41,676 nucleotides of DNA from Octopus bimaculoides (Eukaryota), in assembly GCF_001194135.2 (NCBI RefSeq), contig NC_068990.1, positions 92,046,036 through 92,087,711 of the forward strand. The letters are read 5' to 3'. Position numbers and translations under genes: made by a program. This document shows, in pieces, positions 1 through 10,422 of this stretch; positions within the stretch are counted from its first letter, which is position 1; each line of letters starts with the position of its first letter. The notes beneath the pieces are model-generated. The model was not told where the DNA came from. It did not search any database and saw only the letters and a program-made list of their open reading frames with translations.

Positions 1-118
1 GATATATATATATAAATCTGTGTGTGTGTGTGTATGCATATTTATCTTGATATTATTGAAAAGATAAAAGAGAGTAGCAAGGTTTAAGATTGTGTTGTAA
101 CATTGGTGAGTTTAAAGG

Positions 119-221
119 TGGTGAGGTGGCAGAGACATTGCATACAGGGGTCAGTCTAATTGACTGGGCCCCTCCCCCTCCCAAAATTTCAGGCCTTGTG
201 CCTAGAGTAGAAAAGAATATT
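119..221 (+). mobile_element. Family A SINE, internally deleted
   Basis: 3' end AAATTTCAGGCCTTGTGCCTAGAGTAGAAAAGAATATT shared with 33650-33695. Confidence 0.8.
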
Positions 222-565
222 GTTGAGTTTAGCTGGAGTGGTGAGTTGTAATGGCTGTAAATGTTGGTGTTGTAGTATGTAAATTACATAATGGTATGCT
301 ATAGTTAATGTTGTAGTTGTACTGTGACCTAATGTTATTGCAGTGCACTGGTGCATTGTAGTGAGCTTGTGTTGTTGTAATGTTATAGCGTGCTGTGAAG
401 CAGTGTTGTAGTAGTGCTGCAGCGTACTTGTCTTGTTGTAGAAGTGTGTGGATGGTTGTTGAAGTGTGCTTGTGTGTTGTAATGTACTCATGATGTTGTT
501 GCTGTTATTGTTGTAGTTGTTGTGACACTGCCATAAGTTTCCCTCTCTCTATTTTCTGCTGACAG

Positions 566-667
566 GAAGTGTTACAAGCCTATCTCCAACAGTATCCAGA
601 CAGCGCCATAGCTTTAAATCTGAAGGCCTGCAACCATTTCAGACTCTATGATGGCAAGGCTGCTGAG
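566..667 (+). CDS. IFT56: IFT56/TTC26 internal coding exon ([34 protein letters not shown])
   Basis: gacag|GAA...GAG|gtttgc; 102 nt, phase 0-0; matches TTC26 segment [24 protein letters not shown]. Confidence 0.96.
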
Positions 668-1317
668 GTTTGCTTCCATCTTTATCTCTAAACCATTTCT
701 CATGCACTGCATAAACATCACAACATCACCAGTACATCATGTCACATGTACCATTGTGGCAGACCGATATATATTATATTGGGTTGGTGCATAATTATTG
801 CGGCTTTTTTCATCAAATTTTATTCAACAAAGATAAAAACAATAATATTTAACAAAAATATCTTTAAATGGCGGTCTGACCGTCTGCCAAGAAAATGGGA
901 AGCAGTAATTGAAGTAGATGGTGAATATGCTTCAGAATAACCATTTAAAGATGTTTTTGTTACATGTGGTTATTGTTTTTGTTGAATAAAATTTGTTGAA
1001 AAATAGCCACAATAATTATGCACCAACCCAATATATGTTGTAAAAAGGAAAGATAATAATAATAATAATAGTGAGAGAGATGAAAAAGAAAAAGAAAGAC
1101 ATATCAATGTGTATGCAAGTCAACTATAACATGAAAATAAAAATAAAAATCTAATGGATATGTTTAAAGAAATTATTGAAGTATAATTTTTAGCAACAAA
1201 ATCTTATGTGGGCCCTGGTTGAGGGCCACTGACCAAAAGCATATGTATATTGAGATCTGACACTGGTTATTATTATCACAATGGCTAAATGAAATCATTA
1301 CACACACACACACAGAC

Positions 1318-1520
1318 ATACCATTTGCAAATATGTTTTGCTGGCACGCAATAAGCACCATTCATGTGTGGGTTGTTGCCAGTGCTGCCTGACTGGCTCC
1401 CTGTGCCGGTGACACATAAAAGGCACCATCTGAACGTGGCCGATGCATGGAAAACGGACGTTAAACGATGATGGTGATGATGATGGTGGTGGTGGTGATG
1501 ATGATGATGATAATGATGAT
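1318..1520 (+). mobile_element. Family B SINE-like repeat with (GAT)n tail
   Basis: GCATGGAAAACGGACGTTAAACGATGATG 3' end. Confidence 0.8.
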
Positions 1521-1541
1521 TAAATATTCCCTCTTTTCTAG

Positions 1542-1616
1542 AATGAACTGAAAAGTCTGCAAGATATGGCATCACCAACATTTACCTTCAACCGTGATCT
1601 GATAAAACACAACATG
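1542..1616 (+). CDS. IFT56: IFT56 exon (NELKSLQDMASPTFTFNRDLIKHNM)
   Basis: ttttctag|AAT...ATG|gtaaaag; 75 nt, phase 0-0; colinear with TTC26. Confidence 0.93.
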
Positions 1617-1911
1617 GTAAAAGTATTTTGTGTCATTCTATCTGAGAGAGAGGGAGAGAAATCATTGCTTAAAACTTTACAAAATGCATTTATGGTGTGG
1701 TGTGAGTGAGTGTGTGTGTGTACACATGTATATAACAGTATAAGGATAAACGACTGATACCTGTGTGGTCAATAATAACTTATTGGCCTAAATCTAGATT
1801 TATATGTGGGCCATTCTGTGTGTATCTACAAAGTTCTGTGTAATGCATCTGTTGTGTTTCATGGTCAGCGTATATCTATTTACCCTCGTATTTGTCTACA
1901 TTATTATCAAG

Positions 1912-2014
1912 GTGGTGTTTCAAGGCGGTGACGGAGCCCTACAAGTGTTACCTCCTCTTGTTGATGTCATACCAGAGGCGAGATTAAACCTGGTCATATA
2001 CTACCTGAAACAAG
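1912..2014 (+). CDS. IFT56: IFT56 exon ([34 protein letters not shown])
   Basis: atcaag|GTG...CAAG|gtaagc; 103 nt, phase 0-1; near-identical to TTC26. Confidence 0.97.
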
Positions 2015-2334
2015 GTAAGCACTACTTCTACTCTAGCCTCAACTTGACCAATACTTTGTGAATAGAATTTAGCTACACAGAAACTGTGCAGAAGCCTGTC
2101 ATAGCATAGACACACACACACACACAGTATTTGGTAGTATATTCTATGCTATTGTTAGTTGTTTTAGGTATCTACCATATTTGTTCATTCATTCATTCAT
2201 CTTATGTCTATTTTTCCATGGTTGCATGGGTCAGACAAATATCTTCTTTGGAGTATTGTTCTGTTGTCCATGCTGCCCTAAACAAAACTAATGAATATCT
2301 GTTTTCCAAGTAAGGTTTATCTTGTTCCACATAG

Positions 2335-2666
2335 ATTTAAAGGCTGAGTTCCTTTCGAGCATTGGGCCTCACAGAGGCAACGACCGAGACTTTTGGCATT
2401 GTGTCATGCTCGAGAAGAAGACCCATCAAGCTGAGCATAATCACAGTCATGGAAGATACTGGTGTCACGCAAATGGCACCTGTGCCAGTGGCATGTAAAA
2501 GCATCCTTTACACTCTGTAAAGTGGTTGGCATTAGAAAGAGCATCCAGACATAGAAAACCATGCCAAATCAGATTGGAGCCTGGTGCAGCCTTCCAGTGT
2601 ACCAGCCCTGGTCAAACCATCCAACCCATGCCAGCATGGACAATGGGCGTTAAATGATGATGATGT
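2335..2666 (+). mobile_element. Family B, long form
   Basis: GTGGTTGGCATTAGAAAGAGCATCCAG core, CCAACCCATGCCAGCATGG 3' end. Confidence 0.85.
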
Positions 2667-2735
2667 ATGTATGTACATGCATATATATATATATGATGTA
2701 AAACTTTTTCTTTTCTGTTTCTATCTCCTTCTTAG

Positions 2736-2845
2736 ATGACATTACTGAGGCATATGCCCTGATTAAAGATGTTGAACCTTGTACACCCCAAGAATATATT
2801 TTAAAAGGGGTCGTGAATGCAGCTCTTGGACAGGAACAAGGAACA
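2736..2845 (+). CDS. IFT56: IFT56 exon ([37 protein letters not shown])
   Basis: ccttcttag|AT...ACA|gtaagt; 110 nt, phase 1-0. Confidence 0.97.
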
Positions 2846-3027
2846 GTAAGTAAAAGAGAGCCCACCTTCGTTCTTTCTCTCTCCGTCCATCCTGTCTTGT
2901 CTGTTTGTCTATCTCTCTCTGTATATGATGTACATGTATGTAGATTCATTAAGTTTCTCTGTTGTTCTGTGTTCCTGTTAGTTCTTTAATGGAAGTCCAG
3001 TGGATATTTTCTGGAAGTTATCTGTTT

Positions 3028-3258
3028 GCGTGTTGTGTTCTTGAGCAAGATACTTTATTTCATGTTGCTCCAGTTCACTCTGCCAAGCTGTATCGACCCC
3101 TTTGCCTTTCCCTTGGGTAACACTGGTGGTGTGGAGAGGAGGGCCCGGTATGCATGGGCGACTGCTGGTTTTCCATAAACAACCTTGCCTGGACTTGTGC
3201 CTTGGAGGGGAACTTTCTAGGTGCAATCCCATGGTCATTCGTGACCGAAGGAGGTCTC
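3028..3258 (+). mobile_element. Family D dispersed repeat
   Basis: colinear with 15306-15570 apart from an internal deletion. Confidence 0.85.
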
Positions 3259-3719
3259 CTCTACCTGTGAGAGAAGAAGATTTTCCATCTACTTCACATC
3301 AAGGAACCAAAGTTAAGAACCAGCCCTTAACACATAAAGCACGACGTGCCACGATTGTGGCCATGTGGCACATGTCGACAGGCCACGATCGTGGCCCAGA
3401 TAGATGCATTTAATTCATGGGCATTTGTTGAAATGTCTGTCAAGAGATAGTTCAACTAATGACTTTTTCAGATGATTTAAGACTTACCACCATTAAATAC
3501 TAAGAAGATATTTTAACTATTCTTTTTTTTGTTTTTTATGTGTGCATGGTAGTCTCATTTTCATAAAATGTGCTCAGCAGTCCATGCTATGTAAGGGCAA
3601 ATCCCAGAGCTTTAGGGGTTAAAAGATATGTAGAGATTAAGGGAGATTTATATTTTATAAAGTTGGATTAATTACCATGTCCTTAGCCATGACTATCATT
3701 GTTGCTGTTGTTGTTACAG

Positions 3720-3783
3720 AGAGAACATCTGAAGATAGCACAGCAATATTTCCAGTTGGTTGGTGGTTCAGCCAGTGAATGTG
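3720..3783 (+). CDS. IFT56: IFT56 exon (REHLKIAQQYFQLVGGSASEC)
   Basis: gttacag|AGA...TGTG|gtaagt; 64 nt, phase 0-1. Confidence 0.97.
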
Positions 3784-3804
3784 GTAAGTTAATTGTTATT
3801 GCAC

Positions 3805-3990
3805 CACATGTGGTGGCTACATACATGTGTCAATATGTCACATGTATCTGTTCACCACATTGTCTACTTGTTACATTCAACTCCCCACAACACATGTTAT
3901 CTATGTGTCACATGAGTCTCCCTGCTGCATGCAGCTATCCATCATATGTACTGTTTACATGTCACTTGTCTACATGCTACATGTGGTTAC
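3805..3990. repeat. Related CACATG/CATGTG-rich degenerate repeat
   Basis: CACATG at 3805, 3839, 3891, 3909 plus TACATG variants. Confidence 0.65.
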
Positions 3991-4452
3991 GCATTGTGTT
4001 GTCAGCCTCAGTTACTCTCTTAACAGTATCTCATGAAGGTCAACTCTGTAGCCAGGATTGGATACCAGTGATACCGGTGATACACTGGTGTCCAATACAA
4101 TCAACATGCATCTTACAGGAATTATGTTTGACATCCTGAAAATCCTTCAGAAGAGGCAATTCATTGTGTATTCAAAGACACCAAGAAGTGCTGCCAAGCC
4201 TCATTGGAAGGCTGATGAAGACCTCCGTTTAAACTGGATGGCGGAAGGGGGAGGGTTGCAATACTTGGTTTGTTATTTGCTACAGGGTCTGACAAATAGA
4301 AGCTCTTTTTATAGAGTGGTGGTCATGGGGGGGGGGGGGGGGGACTGAAAAGAATTATTTTACAAAGTAATAAATCTGATTTTGATGTCCACAAAATGAA
4401 TGTAGGTCTTTTTTTACTGCTACTACTACTATTACTACAACTACTATTGCAG

Positions 4453-4541
4453 ATACCATTCCAGGACGCCAGTGCATGGCTTCATGTTTCTTTTTATTGA
4501 AACAGTTCCAAGATGTTCTCCTCTACTTGAATTCCATTAAG
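4453..4541 (+). CDS. IFT56: IFT56 exon ([30 protein letters not shown])
   Basis: attgcag|AT...AAG|gtaagg; 89 nt, phase 1-0. Confidence 0.97.
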
Positions 4542-4684
4542 GTAAGGTTTATCTTCTTTACCATGGCTCCCCTTTCTCCACATTTTTAAACATGGATGTT
4601 ATATACAGTTTTATATTTAAGAAATGAGGAATTATGTACATTATTTACATTTTGACAGAGTTTGTCCTCATCATGTTTGTTGTT

Positions 4685-4730
4685 AACACAGTGTTTCGGC
4701 TGATATACCCTCCAGCCTTCATCAGGTGTG
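4685..4730 (-). ncRNA. Minimal type I hammerhead motif (decayed)
   Basis: CACAC CTGATGA A GGCTG-10nt-CAGCC GAAAC ACT GTGTT; core intact, ACT replaces the GUH triplet. Confidence 0.7.
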
Positions 4731-4748
4731 TTGGGGAAATTTCCCCAA

Positions 4749-4790
4749 GACATCCGATGAAGGCTGGAGGGTATATCAGCCAAAACATTA
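4749..4790 (+). ncRNA. Hammerhead motif, heavily decayed copy
   Basis: GACAT CCGATGA A GGCTG-10nt-CAGCC AAAAC ATT; U4 and G12 changed, stem I 3' strand lost. Confidence 0.55.
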
Positions 4791-4889
4791 ACAACAAACA
4801 AGATGAGGACGAATATCCGTCAAATGTAAATAATGGATGTTATATGCACTTTAACATATTCTCTGCTGTGCATCGCCATATACATAGGT

Positions 4890-5074
4890 GCAGGTATGGC
4901 TGTGTGGTAAGAAGTTTACTTCCCAACCACAGGGTTTCAGGTTCAGTCCTGCTGGGTGGCGCCTTGGGCAAATTTCTTCTAATATCACCCTAGGACGACC
5001 AGAGCCTTTTGACTGGATTTGGTAAAGAGAAACTGAAACATGCCTGTCATATGTATACATATATACACACACCC

Positions 5075-5108
<34 letters not shown>

Positions 5109-5110
5109 GT
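4890..5110 (+). mobile_element. Family C tRNA-headed SINE with CORE-like CCTTGGGCAA segment
   Basis: GGCTGTGTGGTAAGAAG A-box-like, GGTTCAGTCC B-box-like, (AT)n end. Confidence 0.8.
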
Positions 5111-5475
5111 ATCATCATCATCATTATCATTTAATGGCCGTTGTACATGCTGGCATGGGTTGGACAGTATATCCAGGGCCGACAAACTGGAAGACTGTAC
5201 CAGACTCTAGTCTGATTTGGCATGGTTTCTATGTCTGTATGCCTTTCCTAATGCCAACCACTCTGAGATTGTAAAGGGTGCTTTTACGTGCCACCAGCAC
5301 AGGTGCCAGTTGTGCGACCCCAGTATCCACCATGACTGTGATTTCCCTTGGCTTAATGGGTCTTCTCAAACACGGCATAATGCCAAAAGTCTCGGTCATT
5401 TGTCATTGCCTCCATGAGGCCCAACACTCGGAAGGTGCTTTTCACATGCCACCTTGTCTCAATGAGGCCCAACGC
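5111..5475 (-). mobile_element. Family B, long form, inverted relative to 2335-2666
   Basis: reverse complement colinear with 2335-2666. Confidence 0.85.
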
Positions 5476-5509
5476 TAGATATATACACACACACATATGC
5501 ATGTGTGTG

Positions 5510-5752
5510 TGCTTGTTCAGCTTTGTCTTGAAATGATATGACATGTAAATGCACATCATCATCATCATACAAGTGATGTCCTTTGATGTCAATCTTCCAT
5601 AAAAACATGTCTGGCCATGAGAAATATTGCCTGACTTGGAAGCAGTTGAGGGTTGGTGGCAGGAAGAGCATCTGGCTGTAGAAAACTCAACCTTAGGAAA
5701 TTCCATCTGACCCATGCAAGCATGGAAAAGTGAACGTTAGAACAATGATGTC
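5510..5752 (+). mobile_element. Family G tail (B-related 3' end)
   Basis: similar to 13156-13360 and 39630-39880. Confidence 0.65.
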
Positions 5753-5796
5753 GATTCTATGTAAATGTTATTAACTCTGTCTTATGGTAATTCCAG

Positions 5797-5880
5797 AGCT
5801 ATTTCTATAGCGATGACAACTTCAATTTCAACTATGCCCAGGCCAAAGCTGCCAATGGAAATTTCAAAGATGCTGAAGAG
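5797..5880 (+). CDS. IFT56: IFT56 exon (SYFYSDDNFNFNYAQAKAANGNFKDAEE)
   Basis: attccag|AGC...GAG|gttggt; 84 nt, phase 0-0. Confidence 0.96.
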
Positions 5881-5989
5881 GTTGGTATTACCTTTATGTT
5901 GCTCTTATATTCTGTCGCCCCTAACATCCTTTCCCCCCACCCATCAGACATATAGAACTACCTAAATGTTACTGGTGTTTGTGATGAGG

Positions 5990-6290
5990 GTATTGGTGAT
6001 GGTGTGGTGAGGCTGCCTTCAGACTAGAGTGTGGCAGCCAGATTTCTGCAGATGTCTGAAGGTCTTTTTTAGGAATGTCCCCCTCCTTAGTGCTAGTGGG
6101 TGATTGGAAAGGCATCTTGGATGCATGCAGGGACTCTCGGGGTGGGGGGCACCCAATAGGTGAAGGGATGCAACTGTCTGACTGGTACCAACTGGATTTC
6201 CTGGACAGGCCAGTGTGGACATGGTCAAACCACATCAAGTCGTCCAGATTTTACTTCAAGTAATCTGTTGGCCAATACACAGGGACAGCA
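5990..6290 (+). mobile_element. L1/Tx1-type apurinic endonuclease fragment
   Basis: DFCRCLKVFLGMSPSLVLVGDWKGILDA...DFLDRPVWTWSN: GDW/FN and WTW motifs of LINE endonucleases. Confidence 0.7.
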
Positions 6291-6291
6291 C

Positions 6292-6398
6292 CTGAGTTCT
6301 CATTCCTTAGGTATTTTTCAATGTTGTTCTTCTTGTTATTGTTATTATTATTGTTGTTCTTCTTGTTATTATTATAATTATTATTATTATTATTTGTA
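6292..6398 (-). mobile_element. Family E fragment without the hammerhead part
   Basis: CCTGAGTTCTCATTCCTTAGGTATTTTTCAAT plus (TAT)n matches 14324-14380. Confidence 0.75.
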
Positions 6399-6411
6399 AA
6401 TGTCTTTTCAG

Positions 6412-6481
6412 ATTTTCTGTATGATCCAGAGTGAGAAGATAAAGCATGATTATGTCTACATCAGTTGGTTGGCCAGATGCT
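6412..6481 (+). CDS. IFT56: IFT56 exon (IFCMIQSEKIKHDYVYISWLARC)
   Basis: cttttcag|ATT...TGCT|gtaaga; 70 nt, phase 0-1. Confidence 0.96.
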
Positions 6482-6703
6482 GTAAGATAATATATCATAC
6501 TCTGTGGGCTGGCGGTGGGAGTGGGGGAGGGGTGTCTTTCCAAGCCCTAGATTCACTTCACTCTTTAAATGTTCTTCCCATCTTTGGGGAAGCCATGAAC
6601 ATCACAACCTTCCATTGCTCTTACCTTAAACGCTTAAATGTATAGAGGTGAAAATTGGTACCTTGTTGTGTCACTATTTCCTCTGTGTGTGTGTGTGTGT
6701 GTA

Positions 6704-6905
6704 TCATCATTTAATGCCTGCTTTCCATGCTGGCATGATTAGGATGGTTTGACAGGGAACTGGTGACCCACTGCAGGGCTGCATTGAGTTCCAATATCAT
6801 TCTTAGCATGGTTTCTATGGTTGAATGCTCTTGCTAATGCTGAACACTTTACAGTATGTGCTGGGTGCTTTTTTTCTTCATGCCACCAGCACTAGTGAGG
6901 TTGCC
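6704..6905 (-). mobile_element. Family B, decayed
   Basis: CATCATTTAATGCCTGCTTTCCATGCTGGCATG start on +. Confidence 0.75.
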
Positions 6906-7003
6906 AAGTAATTTGCACAACAGAACAGAACAAAGGAAAAGGAAAAGGAAAATGTTTCCAATACAAAGAAGATGTTTATGCATGTAAGTGTGAATAGATA
7001 TGA

Positions 7004-7006
<3 letters not shown>

Positions 7007-7054
<48 letters not shown>
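7007..7054. repeat. (TG)n microsatellite, one of dozens in the window
   Basis: direct. Confidence 0.95.
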
Positions 7055-7055
<1 letters not shown>

Positions 7056-7167
7056 ATAAGTGCGTGGTTACACATGCAAGTGTGAGTGTATGTACCTTTC
7101 ATTATTTCTACATGCAAGTGTCTATATATATGTGTGTTTAACATTTGTGTTTATGGTTATTCTGCAG

Positions 7168-7274
7168 ACATTATGAATCACAAACCTCGCAATGCCTGGG
7201 AACTTTACCTGAAGATGGAAACTTCTGGGGAATCTTTCAGTCTCCTGCAGCTGATTTCTAATGATTGTTATAAG
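7168..7274 (+). CDS. IFT56: IFT56 exon ([36 protein letters not shown])
   Basis: tctgcag|AC...AAG|gtgagc; 107 nt, phase 1-0. Confidence 0.97.
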
Positions 7275-7291
7275 GTGAGCTACGTTAAAAT

Positions 7292-7329
<38 letters not shown>

Positions 7330-7806
7330 TGTGATTTAAGCACGCATCCACACATGCTTCACACACAGATGTATAAACACATGCACACACACATGCTTTA
7401 CAGTCACACACTCTGTTGTAGGTGGGTATATTTATATATATTTTATACACACACATATATATATATATTTAAGCGTGTGTGTGTGTGTGAGTCAGAAAAA
7501 AGCACACTGTAAAAGAGGATTTGAGTGGTTGAACCTTAATATTGTCCAGTAGTATATTCCTGGTTATGGCATATAACTGGTCAGAAAGTTATCATTGGTT
7601 TCATGTCTGTTATTGCACTTGGTAACACTGACAACTCATCAGACAAGATGGCTGGAAGCACTTAACCTTTTCAATGCTGAAGGTGAAAATACAGTCCTGG
7701 TTAGCTTTGTATTAAAAGCAAGAAACTTCCTTACCTTTCCTGAAGGGGCAGGAAGAGTTGTCTGCCAAATCTGAGTTCAAGAAATCCCCTAGATTGTGAA
7801 ATTTCT

Positions 7807-7872
7807 CAGCTAAGGAAAGTTTGCACTGTCTGCTTTTATTCAATAGCTGACAGTGCAAACTTTCCTTAGCTG
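7807..7872. repeat. Perfect 24-bp inverted repeat with 18-nt spacer
   Basis: CAGCTAAGGAAAGTTTGCACTGTC (7807-7830) and its exact reverse complement (7849-7872). Confidence 0.95.
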
Positions 7873-7944
7873 CTTCCAGTTAATTTTGTATGGCATCCCT
7901 TCCTCTTTTAATTGCCATATGTAGCTGATTAATGTTTGAACGGC

Positions 7945-8030
7945 TCCTCACCTGGTCAGCTCCTGTCAAACCGTCCAACCCATGCCAACATGGAAAACGG
8001 ACGTTAAATGATGATGATGAATGTGATGAG
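7945..8030 (+). mobile_element. Family B 3' end
   Basis: GTCAAACCGTCCAACCCATGCCAACATGGAAAACGGACGTTAAATGATG. Confidence 0.8.
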
Positions 8031-8080
8031 GTCTTTAATGGTTTTTTTTTTTTTTTTTTTTTGCTTTTTTTCTGTGTCAG

Positions 8081-8214
8081 ATGGGTCAGTTTTATTACTC
8101 AGCAAAGGCATTCCATGTCTTGGAGAGACTCGATCCGAACCCAGAATATTGGGAAGGTAAAAGAGGAGCCTGTGTTGGTGTCTTTCAGCAGATCATTGCA
8201 GAGAGAGAAGTCAA
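8081..8214 (+). CDS. IFT56: IFT56 exon ([44 protein letters not shown])
   Basis: tgtgtcag|ATG...GTCAA|gtgagt; 134 nt, phase 0-2. Confidence 0.97.
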
Positions 8215-8291
8215 GTGAGTACCAAACGACCATTTTTCTCTTACCAACTATTCCATTACTGATGATGGATTCTTCATGTTCCACTATTGCT

Positions 8292-8504
8292 TTCAAATTT
8301 TGGCACAAAGCCAGCGAGTTTGTGGGGGAGGGGTTACATCAATTACATCAATCCCCAGTCTGCAACTGGTACTTTTTTTATCAACCCCAAACGGATGAAA
8401 GGTAAACTCAGCAACAGCAGAATTTGAACTCAGGACATCAAGACAGACGAAATGTCGCTAAGCATTTTACCTGACACGCTAACAGTTCTGCCAGCTCACT
8501 GCCT
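8292..8504 (-). mobile_element. Family A SINE (older copy)
   Basis: colinear with 20245-20458. Confidence 0.85.
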
Positions 8505-8520
8505 TTCTTCATGTTCTAAT

Positions 8521-8744
8521 ATTCTTTTCTTTTCTACTCTAGGCAGAAGGCCTGAAATTTTGGGGGAGGGGGGCCAGTCGATTAGATTAACCCCAGTATG
8601 CAACTGGTACTTAATTTATTGACTCCGAAAGGATGAAAGGCAAGGTTGACCATGGCAGAGTTTGAACTCGGAACGTAACGGCAGACGAAATACCGCTAAG
8701 CATTTTGCCTGGCATGATAACGTTTCTGCAAGCTCACCGCCGCC
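8521..8744 (-). mobile_element. Family A SINE, tandem second copy
   Basis: colinear with 20245-20458. Confidence 0.88.
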
Positions 8745-9974
8745 CTGAGCGGATAAAATATTGAATTACTACCAATAGGGGTGATAGCCATGTAGGTAGA
8801 GTATATTGGTATACCAACTCACAGTTTGTGAGTTCAAATCTGCCTCAAACTTCTTCTATTCCTATACAGAACATTTTATTCTACCTTTCCTCCATTTTGG
8901 TGATGGGAGGATAAATTACCAGACCATCTGAGAAGTTTACCTAAGACAAGCTCTTACTCTATCCAGGTGGAATTTTATCTTTTTCCCCTGCTACAAATCT
9001 CTAATTAAGCATTAAGTTTTTACATGTTTTATATCAAATGCCTAATATAGTTAAAAGAAAGCCTGGGGACAAGTTAACATGTTATTTGTTTGAAATATAC
9101 TACAATAAAAATCCAAAGGCCAAGTCTTCATTTACATGACAGTCATAATAACAATTGTTTCATTACTTTACATATTTTTACAATATGTGTTTATATGAAA
9201 GGAAGATGTCCTGTAACTTTTAAATCAGTTGTTGGAACTTTGTGGAAGAATTTGGCTTCATGTAATACGTCAGGAGTGACACAAATGACAAGAGTCAGTC
9301 AAATTCTGTGTTGGCCAAATTCTCTGTATATTAGAAACTGTTATGTGGTATTAATGTCCTAGAGAGAGAGTGGGGAGGTGGAGGATATGAATGACAGAGT
9401 CTGTAGGATATCAGGTGAGAGGTCAAAGCTCATCATTGGCTCTGTTTGATGTCTTTGACCTCGTCCTCACAGCTGTAAACTTATTGTATTACAACTGTAA
9501 GTGGAAACCATAGTGAATATCATTTCACTACTGTAATCAGTTTGCAGTGTGTCTGGCAGTAAAAATGGTAAATTCCATGTACAAGTGAACTGGATGATTA
9601 ATGACAAATGGTTTGAGTTCAAAACCTTCTCTCAAGAATCTCTGAAAAAAAAAGAAACTGAATGGCTGAATCATCTCTGCTTGACTGACCTTCACTCAAC
9701 CAGATTTTCTTTTTGTCTTTTAGTCAGGCAGGAAGGCAGCACCCATGACTTGTTACAAAGCCTACAAGAATTGTGGGAGGGAGGGAGAGAGGAGGAGGAA
9801 GGTATTCTCAAAGTAGAGACTTGGGCTTGAATACCTGCAACAGAGTGGACTCTGCTGGAAGGCAACCACTGTGCCAGGTGCTGGTGTTAAACTGAGTGAT
9901 GGGTTAAGCCTACCATGGCAGGATTTGAACTCGGAATGCAAAGAGCCTGAACCAATACCATAAAGCATCTGGCC

Positions 9975-10157
9975 TGGTGCTCTTACAGTTCTGCTAACTC
10001 ACCACCGCCTTGGATTGGTGCTCTTTNNNNNNNNNNCAGTTCTGCTAACTCACCACCGCCTTGGATTGGTGCTCTTACAGTTCTGCTAACTCACCACCGC
10101 CTTGGATTGGTGCTCTTACAGTTCTGCTAACTCACCACCGCCTTGGATTGGTGCTCT
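9975..10157. repeat. 41-bp tandem repeat around a 10-N gap, inside a decayed family A copy
   Basis: CAGTTCTGCTAACTCACCACCGCCTTGGATTGGTGCTCTTA, about 4 identical units. Confidence 0.85.
10027..10036. other. Assembly gap (10 N)
   Basis: direct. Confidence 1.
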
Positions 10158-10422
10158 TTTATCAACACTGAAATTATGTTGGTCTTTGTGGAATTTGAAC
10201 AAATACCACAAAGTGTGTTTTTATCTGATGCTCTAACTATTCTATCATTCCACCGAATTAAAGTTGGTATAGTTAGATTGAGTTTAATCTTGAGCTTAGA
10301 TCCGGATGATCCTAGGTACACTACATGAAGCTGGACAACTTCAGTGGATGAGCCAATGACTGAAAAAAAAGGGGGGCTAAAAGACTCATTCTTTTAATAA
10401 TCAGGCTTTCTTATATTTTCAG

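Larger units (their letters stand above)
4605..4832. mobile_element. Family E fold-back insertion with 13-bp target-site duplication
   Basis: ATGGATGTTATAT at 4592-4604 and 4833-4845; arms centred on the perfect palindrome TTGGGGAAATTTCCCCAA (4731-4748). Confidence 0.85.

Noticed and set aside
189-491. 100-aa Thr/Gln/His ORF and the many (CA)n, (CAT)n, (TA)n and N-gap ORFs in the track
   Set aside because: Translations of simple repeats, SINEs or gaps; no recognisable domains.
4205-4270. CTGATGAAGACC as another hammerhead
   Set aside because: No GAAA core and no convincing stems I and III.
8770-8850. tRNA-like sequence
   Set aside because: A- and B-box-like traces only, no cloverleaf; probably an old SINE head.
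9975-10157. 41-bp direct repeats as a CRISPR-like array
   Set aside because: No spacers, eukaryotic context, identical units straddling a gap; tandem duplication or assembly stutter.
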